A program made the translations under genes and the position numbers. Source: Microcystis aeruginosa NIES-843 (GTDB lineage: Bacteria > Cyanobacteriota > Cyanobacteriia > Cyanobacteriales > Microcystaceae). From it: a stretch of DNA of 32,000 nucleotides. How positions within the stretch are numbered: position 1 is the stretch's first letter; every line of letters starts with the position of its first letter. This document shows, one piece after another, positions 9,433-18,827 of this stretch. The notes under the pieces are model-generated. The model was given only the letters and a program-made list of their open reading frames with translations, had not been told where the DNA came from and ran no database searches. Location: positions 3,090,001 through 3,122,000 of the forward strand of contig NC_010296.1 in assembly GCF_000010625.1 (NCBI RefSeq), given 5' to 3'.

Positions 9433-10347
9433 TTCTTGTTGATAGTAATTATAATTAACAATTCGATGACGATGAATCTCTAAATAACGACAGAAATTTT
9501 CAGCTCGTTCGTTTTTTAAAGGAGAGATTAATGCTATTGTTTCCTCAATTTTGCCCTGCCATAATAAACTTGCTGCTTTTTTCAATCTCTTCACTGAACC
9601 GCCGACTTTATGAAGATTTTCTACCAAATGAAACCAGTCAAGTATTTCTCTTTTTTCTCCTGGACAATCCCAGTTTTTCACAATTTTCCCAATACCGGGA
9701 TGTCCGTCTCCCAAACAGGTAAGGGGGTCAGATAAAGGTTGTTGATTAACCCAATATATTAACGATTCATTCTCTCCAAACCAAGCTTTTCTTAGGAAAG
9801 TATCAACACAGATTGCTTGATAATCTTTCCAGATACAAGCCTCTCCCTTAGTTTCGGTTCTTAAGCGCACTTTTCCTCCATCTAGACTAATTTCTTGAAC
9901 GGGGTTTCCTGATTCTTCTTCGGCAAATTGGTGGCGATGGACTAATCGTTGTTGAGTCCTAGCCGAGACCTTCATCCCTGTATAAAATTGAAGATCTCTG
10001 GCGGCATTTTCATAAGAAACATTGGCACTAGCTCTTAAACAACAGCGTTCTAAGTAAGGACTAATTTGGTTATTACGAGGAATATTTAAACGGATTGCTT
10101 GTTTTTCTGTCAGGCATAATTCTCCGATGATGCTTTTTATTTTTCTCGGTCTCCCGGCTTGAGTTCCTGTCGTTTTTGTGACCAAAAAAAATCCTAGTTT
10201 CGGAGTTATATATTTTCAGGTCTGTTCTCTTATTGTCGTCTCTATTCCCTCTAAAGTTTGGATTTTTTCAGCCTCAGCTTCCTGATGAAGAATCTTGGCT
10301 ATCGCTTGAATATGTTGGTTAAGTTCTTGTTGTTGCTCTGGAGTCAT
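9433..10347 (-). pseudogene. ISKra4-like transposase, N-terminal ~300 codons: truncated by IS1380 and carrying an in-frame TGA
   Basis: Homologous to 24659..25722 (SLDGGKVRLRT, LGDGHPGI, ILDWFHLVENLHKVGGS). ATG 10347 and the ORF-track entry 9370..10185 are in one frame, separated by TGA at 10216..10218. The last 20 codons of the track ORF (PAFLTKSTITNPRSLTKSGF) are read-through into the IS. Confidence 0.8.
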
Positions 10348-10439
10348 TTTTGTCTTTTCCCCACTCTTTTCTCTATCCCATACCCAATTGATGCTTTTGT
10401 CAAGTAGTTTATTTGTTCTTCAGCTTTGACTTGCTCCCA
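9433..10439 (-). mobile_element. ISKra4-like element A, 5' portion (split by IS1380; remainder at 21699..21894)
   Basis: Terminus TGGGAGCAAGTCA (revcomp of 10427..10439) is followed by the 7-bp duplication AAAGCGC (revcomp of 10440..10446). The inner end abuts the IS1380 IRL at 9432. Confidence 0.75.
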
Positions 10440-10547
10440 GCGCTTTGCGTTCGCCCACAGTTACCGTGAACTGGTTTCTTCCCCATAAATTCAGTACTTG
10501 AACCGTTAGTCAATCGACACTTCGAGACGATACAGGAACGCTTAGGA

Positions 10548-10827
10548 CCCACATTCCGCACCCTAGTCGTTGAAATCAAAAGTTGCTCTAGCCCTTGTAT
10601 AGTAAGACTTTTAGCGATTACTAAGAATTATGAAGTGTCACACTCTAGTCAGCGATCGCCAGCTTAATGAGAGTTGATCTCAATAATTTGGTATCAGAGC
10701 TATCAGATTTTTAGGGCTAATTGTGCATCTGCTGGGCAAACAAATTAGCCTGTAATTCAGAGCCGGCAATCGTTTTGACGATTTAGATAAAATTTTCAAT
10801 GTGACACTTTAGGGTGCGGAATGTGGG
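10548..10827 (-). mobile_element. 280-bp MITE with IS1-type TIRs (copy 2, inverted relative to copy 1)
   Basis: It is the reverse complement of 5941..6220 apart from a few substitutions. It is flanked by direct TTAGGA (10542..10547 and 10828..10833), a candidate TSD. Confidence 0.88.
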
Positions 10828-10833
10828 TTAGGA

Positions 10834-10985
10834 AGTCTTGGCCACTCGTTGCCTTGTTCTTCAAACCTTGACATCCTCACCACCGTAAACGGACGGTGAT
10901 TCCCAAACCTCACGATTTAGGTTTCTGCTTGGGGTCCCGAAGGATTTTTCGCACCTGCCTTAACAGATTTACTCTGTTCTGGTCA
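10834..10985 (-). ncRNA. Candidate TnpB omega-RNA (right-end RNA) scaffold relic
   Basis: Lies immediately 3' of the tnpB stop on the minus strand. Three hairpins are visible: TCC-TTCG-GGA, AAACCT-N8-AGGTTT and CACCG-N8-CGGTG. This position is where IS200/IS605 elements encode the guide-RNA scaffold. No covariance model was run. Confidence 0.4.
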
Positions 10986-11102
10986 TCAGGTCGCTCTACA
11001 GACTGACACCGCAAGCCCTGCGGCCAAAATATTTTTACTAGCGTTAATATCTCGGTCATGGTGAGTCCCACAGTCTGGACAGTCCCATTCTCGAATATTT
11101 AA
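10986..11102 (-). pseudogene. tnpB: TnpB (IS200/IS605-family RNA-guided nuclease), C-terminal fragment
   Basis: Own translation: (L)[37 protein letters not shown]. This is the zinc-finger/RuvC-III end of TnpB, and it continues the fragment at 12568..12815 once the intervening MITE is removed. Confidence 0.8.
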
Positions 11103-11463
11103 CTGGACTTCCCCCATACAGAAATACTAAAAAATCAACAAAACCCTTACTGCATGGAGCTTCTCAGAAAAAATTGACAAGCCACTACTGGGTACATTTT
11201 TCGCTTGAAAATGGCTGTACCGTTGACTGTATCTGGAGTAGAGCGATTCCGTAGAGTTGGCTGTATAGTGATCGCTAACCTCATTGTAACAGATGGTGTC
11301 ATTAATCTCTAGAGTCAGCGATTCCCTCTGTAGCCATGTTTTTGCTGGTTTTCTGCCCCGAAACAAGCTATAATGGTCGAAAGGTCAAATTTGAAAATTT
11401 TTGCCTCAAACCCTATCAGCGTAAGGACTTCAGGAGTTTGTGTCCAGTAGTCCATTAGTATTA

Positions 11464-12497
11464 TAGCAATTCTCTGACTTATGAGGTACAGTAGCAACAG
11501 TGAGTAAACCAATTGCGAATATCTTTTTGAGTAACTTCTAACATAGCCAATTCAATCCCTTCTATTAAGTCTTTGTAAGTTCTCGCCTTCAGTTTTCTTA
11601 ACGTCGCTTTCACTTTTGACCAAAAGTTTTCAATAGGAGAGAATTCGGGAGAATAAGGAGGTAAATAGATGAGTCTAGCTTTTTCTTGTTCGATTATTTC
11701 TCTGACCATTTCTCCGAGATGAATCTTGGCGTTATCCATGATCAGACAGTCTCCTTCTTTAATTTTTGGCAGCACTTCCTTTAGAATAAATCCTTCAAAT
11801 GTTACCGCATCCACTGCACCGTATATGTTGACTGATGCGACAACTTTTTCTAAGCTTATAGCACTAATTATTGAAATATTTCTCCCTCTTTTTTGTGGTT
11901 TTCTTCCCCGAGCTCTTCGGCCAATTAAGGCTCTAGCATAGAGTCTCAAAAGGGCTAAATTTACCCCCGATTCATCGATGAAAATTAGTTTTGATGCCTC
12001 AATTTCCCGAACTTCTGACCAGTATTCCACTCTTTTTTGCTGTACCCTGTCACTTTCTTTTTCCGCCGCGTGTAGTGTTTTTTTTTGAAACTGTAATTGA
12101 GTTTTTGCGTAAGCCGCCCCAGGGTGGCTCTACTGACTTTCACCTGTGTCTTTTCATACAGTAAGTCCGATAATTCTTCGAGAGTTGCATCATTGTTAGC
12201 TTCGATGATTTCTATTAAAATTATCAGTTGTTCACTATTTAACTTGGTTGGCGGACTTCCCCCTTGCGGACGAGGACGGATATCTCCTGTTTCTTTATGT
12301 TGCTTCAATAACTTCTGAATAAAGCTTTTAGCCACGTCAAATCTCTGGGCTAGTCCTCGAATGGAAATTTTTTCTTTCTTCCAGACATCGATAATTTTTT
12401 GGCGAAAATCTACGGAATAGGGTCTCATAGGAAGCTGGTAAGTTCTATTATTTGTCTATTTACTTTCTATTGTACCTCATAGCTCCAAGAATTGCTA
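11464..12497 (-). mobile_element. IS630-family element #1
   Basis: ~36-bp imperfect IRs (TAGCAATTCT...TATGAGGTACARTAG) flanked by TA (11462..11463 / 12498..12499), the IS630 target duplication. Exact ends are +/- a few nt. Confidence 0.7.
11479..12428 (-). CDS. IS630-family transposase in two frames (147-aa HTH part + 183-aa DDE part) joined by a -1 shift at an A9 run
   Basis: ORF-track entries 11985..12428 and 11479..12030. Reading ...NYSFKKK then -1 gives TLHAAEKESDRVQQKRVEYWSEVREIEASKLIFIDESGVNLA. The A9 run is T9 on the + strand at 12078..12086. Confidence 0.8.
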
Positions 12498-12567
12498 TAT
12501 ATGGCTTTAACTCAGGCTCTATAAGACTTTTAGCCATAGCTAGTATGTTTATACGGGGGAAGTCCAG

Positions 12568-12815
12568 ATTTAACGGCATTTTCTCAGCAATATACCCGCA
12601 ATTACTACACCTTTTAGAACTGGGAAACCATCTATCTATTTCGATGTAATTTCTCCCATACCAACGGCATTTATAGGCTAATTGTCGGGTGATTTCTCCC
12701 CAGCTTACATCAGATATTGCCTGAGATAATTTCGGGTTTTTGACCATATTCTTGACGGCTAAATTCTCAACCACAATCGTTTGGTTTTCACGAACTAATT
12801 GAGTGGTTAGCTTGT
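12568..12815 (-). pseudogene. tnpB: TnpB, middle fragment
   Basis: KLTTQLVRENQTIVVENLAVKNMVKNPKLSQAISDVSWGEITRQLAYKCRWYGRNYIEIDRWFPSSKRCSNCGYIAEKMPLN. The N-terminal MRD of track ORF 12460..12822 derives from the IS1380 IR (12816..12822); its C-terminal tail past ...KMPLN derives from the MITE (12460..12567). Confidence 0.85.
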
Positions 12816-14803
12816 CCCGCATTTCTCACAAAAAGTACGATCACCAACCCCCGAAGCCTTACAAAATCTGGGTTTTGACTGGGTGATCGCCTTGTAGCAA
12901 AAACGACAGTGTGTTGTTAGGATTCAACTTAAGCTCATCATCAATTAGACCTTGAAAAAAGAACAAATTTAAAATGCGTATTTTTAGGTTAATTAGTTGA
13001 TAAAGTCTCAATTTTAAGTAGAGAATGAAGTCAAAAGCTTGCTATAATTTAATCATTAAAACTATTTAAAGTATGTCAAGTTTATGACTCCTAGTTCAGA
13101 CCAGTCTCGACTCAATCAATTAAATTTTGGAAACCTCAATGGAAGACAAGTAATCGCTAATTTTGAGGGAGGAAAAATCACCTCAGATGCAGGAATTATT
13201 TTGATGGCAGAGTTAGACCAAAAGCTAAAAATAACGGCTCGGTTTGCCGAATGTTTTCGAGATTATCGAAATTCATCCTATCTAGATTATTCAGTTCATG
13301 AACTACTCGCACAAAGAGTTTATGGGATAGTTTTGGGATATGAGGATGTCAATGATCATGATAAATTACGTCATGCTCCAGCTTTAGCAATAGCATTGAA
13401 AAAACTAAATTTTATTGACTCAGCCCAAGCAAATTTAGCGGGAAAAAGTACAATTAATCGACTAGAATATTGTCCGGAAACAGTCATCAATCAAGAGAAC
13501 AGTCGTTACCATAAAATCGAGCCTAACCCCAAAGAAATTGAAAAAGCTTTTGTGGACATCTTTCTAGAATCCTACAAAAAGCCACCGAAACCAATTATTT
13601 TAGACATGGATGTCACCGATGACCAAGTGCATGGAAATCAAGAGGGAGCGTTTTTCAATACTTATTATAAAGGAGTGTGTTATGCTCCTTTGTATATTTT
13701 CTGTGAGCATCATTTATTAGTAGCTAAACTCCGGTCTTCTCATGTAGATACTGCTGGGGGAGCATTAGAAGAATTGCAGCGAATAATCGGTATAATTCGA
13801 GAAAAATGGTCAGATACGCAGATATTAGTACGAGGAGATAGTGCCTATTCCCGTGAAGATATCATGAAATTTTGCGAAAGTCAAGCAGGAGTTGATTATG
13901 TTTTAGCAATGGCAACGAATAGTCAATTAAAATTACGAGCGACCGATGTAATTGAGAAAGCTAAGGCAGATTACGAGCAAAGACTTCAGCCAGTTACTGA
14001 ATTAATGGAGACGTTATTTTCTCCCGATGAAGAGTTAGGAGAATTGGCGAAATTGGTACCAGAATCGACTTGGTATCGTTCCCTATGTTATCAAACCCAA
14101 AAATCCTGGAGCCGTTCAAGAAGAGTGGTGACAAAAGTTTGTCCTGGTAGTGAGGGCGTAAAAATTCGCCACGTTGTGACTTCTTTACCTGCATCAAAGA
14201 TTCCCCCATCTAAACTTTACACTGAAAAATATTGCCCCAGAGGTGAGAGGTCAAATCGAATTAAAGAGCAACAATTAGACTTATTTGCTGACCGGAATTC
14301 GACACAGACATTTGAGAGTAATCAATTAAGACTTTGGTTGTCATCAATGGCTTATGTTTTAATGCAAGCTTTTCGTCAAAATTGTTTGGCTAAAACTTCT
14401 TTTGCCAAAGCGACAGTGGGAACAATTCGCCTTAATTTCCTTAAATTAGGAGCTAGAATTACTGTTAGTGTCAGAAGAATTTTAATCGCAATTGCCAGTT
14501 CTTGTCCCTATCAAGATATTTTAGCGATAGCTTACTCTAGAATTCAAGCGATAGCGGGAACTGGATAAGTTGAAGAGTTTTCAAAGATCATTAAATAGTC
14601 TTAAAAATGGCTGCTTATAAATTCAGCTAACTTTGTCGTGAACATTTTCCCTAATTGACGGAATTTTTCCAGTAATTCAGGAATTTTTTGATTAGTTTAG
14701 TCAGATTATTCCTTGATAACTAAGCGGGTTTCTCTTATTTTTGAAAAACACCAACTTTTAACCTCCAAATTAGGTTCTTAATTCAGTTTGTGAGAAATGC
14801 GGG
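12816..14803 (+). mobile_element. IS1380-family insertion sequence, copy 2 (1988 bp)
   Basis: IRs CCCGCATTTCTCACAAA / TTTGTGAGAAATGCGGG. It has its own 4-bp TSD TTGT (12812..12815 / 14804..14807). Removing it restores tnpB ...DHLHKLTTQLV. Confidence 0.93.
13084..14568 (+). CDS. IS1380-family DDE transposase (494 aa)
   Basis: Identical protein to 7680..9164 and 19979..21463 in the supplied track. Confidence 0.92.
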   Translation: MTPSSDQSRLNQLNFGNLNGRQVIANFEGGKITSDAGIILMAELDQKLKITARFAECFRDYRNSSYLDYSVHELLAQRVYGIVLGYEDVNDHDKLRHAPALAIALKKLNFIDSAQANLAGKSTINRLEYCPETVINQENSRYHKIEPNPKEIEKAFVDIFLESYKKPPKPIILDMDVTDDQVHGNQEGAFFNTYYKGVCYAPLYIFCEHHLLVAKLRSSHVDTAGGALEELQRIIGIIREKWSDTQILVRGDSAYSREDIMKFCESQAGVDYVLAMATNSQLKLRATDVIEKAKADYEQRLQPVTELMETLFSPDEELGELAKLVPESTWYRSLCYQTQKSWSRSRRVVTKVCPGSEGVKIRHVVTSLPASKIPPSKLYTEKYCPRGERSNRIKEQQLDLFADRNSTQTFESNQLRLWLSSMAYVLMQAFRQNCLAKTSFAKATVGTIRLNFLKLGARITVSVRRILIAIASSCPYQDILAIAYSRIQAIAGTG

Positions 14804-14870
14804 TTGTGTAAATGGTCTTTTCTGTTATCAGTAATTTGGGCATGAATTCTGGCTACTTTGATTTTTGCTT
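14804..14870 (-). pseudogene. tnpB: TnpB, upstream fragment
   Basis: Own translation: (Q)AKIKVARIHAQITDNRKDHLHK, in frame with 12815 after removal of IS1380 copy 2 and one TTGT. The frame closes (TAA) just beyond 14871, where an IS66-like end begins. Confidence 0.7.
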
Positions 14871-14939
14871 GTAATTAGTCAGTGCAATAAGAAGTGTTAA
14901 TTGAGAATGAACAGGACCCTGACAGGGGCTGTATTATAG
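14871..14939 (+). mobile_element. Putative left end/leader of an IS66-family (ISBst12-like) element
   Basis: Begins GTAATTAGTCAG (IS66-family ends typically start GTAA) exactly where tnpB homology stops. It is contiguous with 19288..19710 once IS1634-A and one TTATAG are removed, which places the IS66-type transposase ATG ~75 bp from this end. Confidence 0.45.
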
Positions 14940-15077
14940 CTGAACTTCCCCCATACATATATACTATAATAGCCGAAAACCCTTATCCATCAATGGATAC
15001 GCCCCTTAACCTTTCTTAATGTACCCATGTAATTTGTAACATTTCTTAATGGACAAGAATTCTCTCTATTTGCTAGA

Positions 15078-15582
15078 ATGATAGCCATGTATATAGAAAA
15101 AGTTCCTAACCGTAATTCCCCCCCCGCCGTTCTTCTTCGGGAGTCCTACCGAGAAGGAGAACAAGTCAAAAAAAGAACCCTGGCCAATCTCTCAAAATTA
15201 CCCGATGATATTATCGACAATCTGAAACTGGCTCTTAAAGGAGCAACACTGTCAATGAATGAAGGCATTCCCGCTCATTTTGAAGTGATTAGAAGTCTTC
15301 CTCATGGTCATGTGATGGCTATTTTAGAGACGATTAAAAAATTGGGTTTAGATAAAATAATCAGTGAAAAATCCTCCCGAATCAGAAACTTAGTGGTGGC
15401 GATGATTGTGGCAAGAATCATCAATCCTAAATCGAAACTAGCCACAGCGAGAGGGTTTAATAGCGAGACTTGTAGTCAGAGTTTAGGACAATTGTTAGAC
15501 TTAGAGAAAGCCGATGAAGACGAATTATATAACGCCTTAGATTGGTTATTAGAAAAACAAGATAAAATTGAGAATCACCTAG
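15078..15582 (+). pseudogene. IS1634-family transposase, fragment 1 of 3 (copy A)
   Basis: MYIEKVPNRNSPPAVLLRESYREGEQVKKRTLANLSKLPDD...DWLLEKQDKIENHL. It then diverges from copy B (..EKHLALKHLESG..) at the MITE junction. Confidence 0.85.
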
Positions 15583-15763
15583 TGGGACTTAGGCGTTTTC
15601 GGTCAGCAAAAAAGGCTCAAACCATTACGGGACAAAGGGTTAACCTCGATTTATGATTTTCCTTGATATATCTGGGTTTCAGCGATTTTGGGCTTCTCGA
15701 AGTAAATCCCAAGCGGGGATTGGAGTTGAGGCTTTTATCGATTTGTTTTTTGTCTAAGTCCCA
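15583..15763. mobile_element. 181-bp MITE (TIR TGGGACTTAG) nested in IS1634-A
   Basis: Ends TGGGACTTAGGCG... / ...TGTCTAAGTCCCA. TSD CTAG (15579..15582 / 15764..15767). Copy B has the uninterrupted site CACCTAGCAC. Confidence 0.85.
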
Positions 15764-16659
15764 CTAGCAATTAAACACTTAGAATCAGGAACATTAGTCT
15801 TGTATGATGTCACTTCTACCTACCTAGAAGGAAATGGTTGTGAACTGGGAAAATATGGTTATAATCGAGATAAAAAGAAGGGGAAAACTCAGATAGTTTT
15901 TGGGTTGCTCTGTTCAGCTAAGGGTTGTCCGATAGCGGTAGAAGTATTTGAAGGAAACACCTCAGACGGTGCTACTTTAAGCGGACAAATTGAGAAAGTC
16001 AGAAAGGGTTGGGGGATTGAGAATGTGGTCTGGGTAAGCGATAGAGGAATTTTCACCAACTCGAAAATCAAGGAATTAGTAAAACCGCTAGAAGGATTAG
16101 ACTATATTACTGGTTTAACTAAGCCTCAAATTCGGAAACTGGCTGAGGTAGAAGTGATTCAATTAGGATTATTTGAGCAGGTAAACTTGGTGGAATTTGA
16201 GAGTGAAGATTATCCCGACGAAAGATTAATTGCTTGTCGGAATCCCTTCATTGCCCAGAAAAATCAACTACAAAGAGAGGCATTATTAGAAGCGGTAGAG
16301 AAGGAACTAGATTTGATTGTTCAGGCGACTCAAAGGGAGAAAAGAGCTTTAAAGGGTCAAGATAAGATAGCTTTGAGAGTGGGCAAGGTTCTTCATCAGT
16401 TTAAGGTCAATAAATACTATAACCTAGAGATAACAGAAGAAGGCTTTTCTTATCAGCGTAAGCTGGAATTAATCGCTCAAGAAACGGCCTTAGATGGTGT
16501 GTATGTGTTAAGAACTTCTCTGGAGTCAACTTTGATGGATGCAGCGACGACGGTTAAAGCTTATAAAAGTTTGTCTCAAGTGGAGGAGGCATTTCGCTGT
16601 TATAAGTCAATTGATTTAAAGGTACGTCCTATCTATCATTATAAGGGTGATAGAGTCAA
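15764..16659 (+). pseudogene. IS1634-family transposase, fragment 2 of 3 (copy A)
   Basis: (A)IKHLESGTLVLYDVTSTYLEGNGCELGKYGYNRDKKKGKTQIVFGLL...YKSIDLKVRPIYHYKGDRV, colinear with copy B. The tail of track ORF 15800..16771 reads into the nested IS. Confidence 0.85.
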
Positions 16660-16687
16660 TTGGACTTTGGACAAAGAAAAACAGATT

Positions 16688-16704
16688 TGCGTAAAACTTA
16701 CGCA
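16688..16704. promoter_or_regulatory. Subterminal palindrome TGCGTAA-AAC-TTACGCA
   Basis: Perfect 7-bp arms, 28 nt inside the element end. One of three related palindromes in this IS. Confidence 0.45.
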
Positions 16705-16788
16705 AATAAAATTTGAGGCAATATCTCCTTTGTCTCAGCCAGAAAAAAAGCTGAAAAATAGCGGTTCTTAAGGTCTTCTTAGCAAGAC

Positions 16789-18237
16789 TTAGGGAACTTT
16801 CATCTTTTCTTTTTTACTTTTTGTCTGTTTTTTGATAACTTGATGGCGGGTTCGTGGCACTTTTTTATAACCTTTAATTCGTCCAGCCGAATAACCTCGG
16901 CGTTTGGGAGATTTGACCAAAGTGCCAATCTCCGAAATTATTCTGTAAAAGTCTCTTTGAACCAAGCTGGGTGTAATTTCTACCGATTCACTTTTTTTCA
17001 AATACTGCTCCCAAGGACGGGGTAAAACCAGAGCTAATTTCCTAGTTGCCCATAAATTTACAGCAGCTAATAGGGTGAGTTGAACCCAATTTTCCTCATG
17101 ATTAACTTCAGGGGTATAATAGGCATTCAGCAACAATTTTTGTTGACCAAATCGAAAAAGATGTTCCAGATCATAACGTTGTCCATAAGCCTCATAACAT
17201 TCTTGAAGACTTAACTCATAACGACGAGAACCAATAAGGATAAGCCACATCGGTTTCCAGACGGCTTTACCAGTTTCATCACTGACAATAATTTGTAGTA
17301 AGGTAAAGGGATGAGAGTGCATTTCATAGTCGGATGTTCCCCTCATTAGCATTTGTTTCCAACCAGAGATTTTGAGATTAAGTTCACGTCCCCTTTTAGT
17401 CGTAAAAGTTGATTGAATGATTTCATCTGGTTCGAGCCAAGTTGTCTCATCTTTGAGGTCAAATTTATCCCCATACCAACGGGGATGACCCGGTTGTTTG
17501 GGAGAATAATCTTCAGGAATAAATTGCCGATAAAAGACCCGATTACTTCTCCCTCGTGTGAGGGTAACTAAATTATTTTGCTTGACTTGTTCTCCAAGAA
17601 AACCTCGCTGACTATAGAGACTATCAGCGACTAAAACTGATAATTTATCTTTCCAGGGAACTGAGGAATGGTTCAGGATTTTTTTGACTTGGTTACTGGC
17701 CACAGAAATGTCTTTTTCTCCTGAAGATACTCGTTGTCCTGACAGGGGAATTGCCCAAGGCACGTTTCCCGTTTCACTTCGTTCTGGCAGAGCAGCAATT
17801 ACTGAATAAGCATGACCAATATTGATGGGTTTATTGCCTTTGATAGTATTGGGTTGATAGATATACTTTTTGTCTTCTAGAGTCGCCGAATAAGGTTTTG
17901 GACAAGGAGTTACATCTACTCCAAATAAATAGAATTGTCTAGAAACGGGGGGAGGAATAGTAGCCGAAACGACTGATAATAAGCTATCAACTGCTTTTTG
18001 ATAATTGTCATTTGTTGGACTTGGTAAAAACTCTTGAATCCCTTTATATAAACTGTTATAATCTCGACGAAATAAAGGGTTCAAAGATAATTCGGCAACT
18101 GTTGAAGCTTGTCGATTCGACGAGAGGGAATCCAGCAATTCCATGACCGTCTCGCGTCTCGAACCAAGGGCGTTATAGAGTTGCCTTCTCCACTTCAAAA
18201 GTTCTTCGACATCAGGACAAATTTCTTGACTTTTCAT
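16789..18237 (-). CDS. DDE transposase, IS4/IS701 superfamily (family uncertain)
   Basis: ORF-track entry 16789..18309; the likely start is ATG 18237 (MKSQEICPDVEELLKWRRQLY...). Candidate acidic residues lie in FGVDVTP and VLVADSLYS, with a YREK-like C-terminal motif YGQRYDLEHLFRFGQQK. Confidence 0.75.
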   Translation of the reverse strand: MKSQEICPDVEELLKWRRQLYNALGSRRETVMELLDSLSSNRQASTVAELSLNPLFRRDYNSLYKGIQEFLPSPTNDNYQKAVDSLLSVVSATIPPPVSRQFYLFGVDVTPCPKPYSATLEDKKYIYQPNTIKGNKPINIGHAYSVIAALPERSETGNVPWAIPLSGQRVSSGEKDISVASNQVKKILNHSSVPWKDKLSVLVADSLYSQRGFLGEQVKQNNLVTLTRGRSNRVFYRQFIPEDYSPKQPGHPRWYGDKFDLKDETTWLEPDEIIQSTFTTKRGRELNLKISGWKQMLMRGTSDYEMHSHPFTLLQIIVSDETGKAVWKPMWLILIGSRRYELSLQECYEAYGQRYDLEHLFRFGQQKLLLNAYYTPEVNHEENWVQLTLLAAVNLWATRKLALVLPRPWEQYLKKSESVEITPSLVQRDFYRIISEIGTLVKSPKRRGYSAGRIKGYKKVPRTRHQVIKKQTKSKKEKMKVP

Positions 18238-18263
18238 CGGAAAAAATATATGAGAAATTAATC

Positions 18264-18280
18264 TGCGTGAAATATACGCA
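18264..18280. promoter_or_regulatory. Imperfect palindrome TGCGTGA-AAT-ATACGCA in the divergent promoter region
   Basis: Lies between the transposase start (18237, -) and ORF2 start (18321, +). Related to the palindromes at 16688 and 18811. Confidence 0.4.
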
Positions 18281-18320
18281 AATATTCTTATAATATAAGA
18301 AGCCCCCAATCTGTAAGCTG

Positions 18321-18756
18321 ATGCTCAAATATAATTTCTTGAAGACGAACCAAGAAGCTGGACTTAGAGCCAAACAAATCAAGGCTACTATTCGTAAGTT
18401 GAAGCAAAAAATCCAGAAAATCGAAGCAGAAGGAGAAGTCGCTCCGCCCCCTTGTCATGTGATTCGTTATCAAACTAAGCTTTCATCAAAAAATTTACTG
18501 GTATTATAAACTACAAAGCAACGAACCGCTTTTTCCAACAGCAACTGATAGTAACAAAAAAAGTAAATATTTATATTTAGGTAAAGCTGGAAGCGAAGCT
18601 CATCTTGAGGCGGTGGAAAAAGTAGCTCGAAGAAGTCTTATTGACGAATTAGAGAGAGTTATTAATTCTCTCCATGAAAGTTACTTGGATGTTTGTTTTG
18701 GAGGGGAAACGGAGCCTGACCCTTCTTATTATAACGAGGGATTAAAAGAGGAGTAA
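18321..18756 (+). pseudogene. Accessory ORF2 of the 2.2-kb IS (unknown function), frameshifted at an A6 run
   Basis: Track ORF 18321..18509 (MLKYNFLKTNQEAGLRAKQIKATIRKLKQKIQKIEAEGEVAPPPCHVIRYQTKLSS...). The +1 frame stays open from 18463 to TAA 18754..18756 (..KIYWYYKLQSNEPLFPTATDSNKKSKYLYLGKAGSEAHLEAVEKVARRSLIDELERVINSLHESYLDVCFGGETEPDPSYYNEGLKEE). Deleting one A at 18488..18493 would fuse them. Confidence 0.55.
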
Positions 18757-18810
18757 CCCTTTCCTCTTTGATGTGAGACTGACTAGGCAAAATTAAACGC
18801 AAATTAAATT

Positions 18811-18827
18811 TGCGTAAATATTACGCA
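18811..18827. promoter_or_regulatory. Subterminal palindrome TGCGTAA-ATA-TTACGCA
   Basis: Perfect 7-bp arms. It overlaps a second palindrome ACGCAAATT-A-AATTTGCGT (18798..18816), 28 nt from the other element end. Confidence 0.45.

Larger units (their letters stand above)
11103..12567. mobile_element. MITE with IS1634-type termini (~431 bp of its own) carrying a nested IS630 element
   Basis: Ends CTGGACTTCCCCC (11103) and GGGGGAAGTCCAG (12567) match the IS1634-like TIR and subterminal sequence. It has a perfect 6-bp TSD ATTTAA (11097..11102 / 12568..12573) inside tnpB. Confidence 0.75.
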
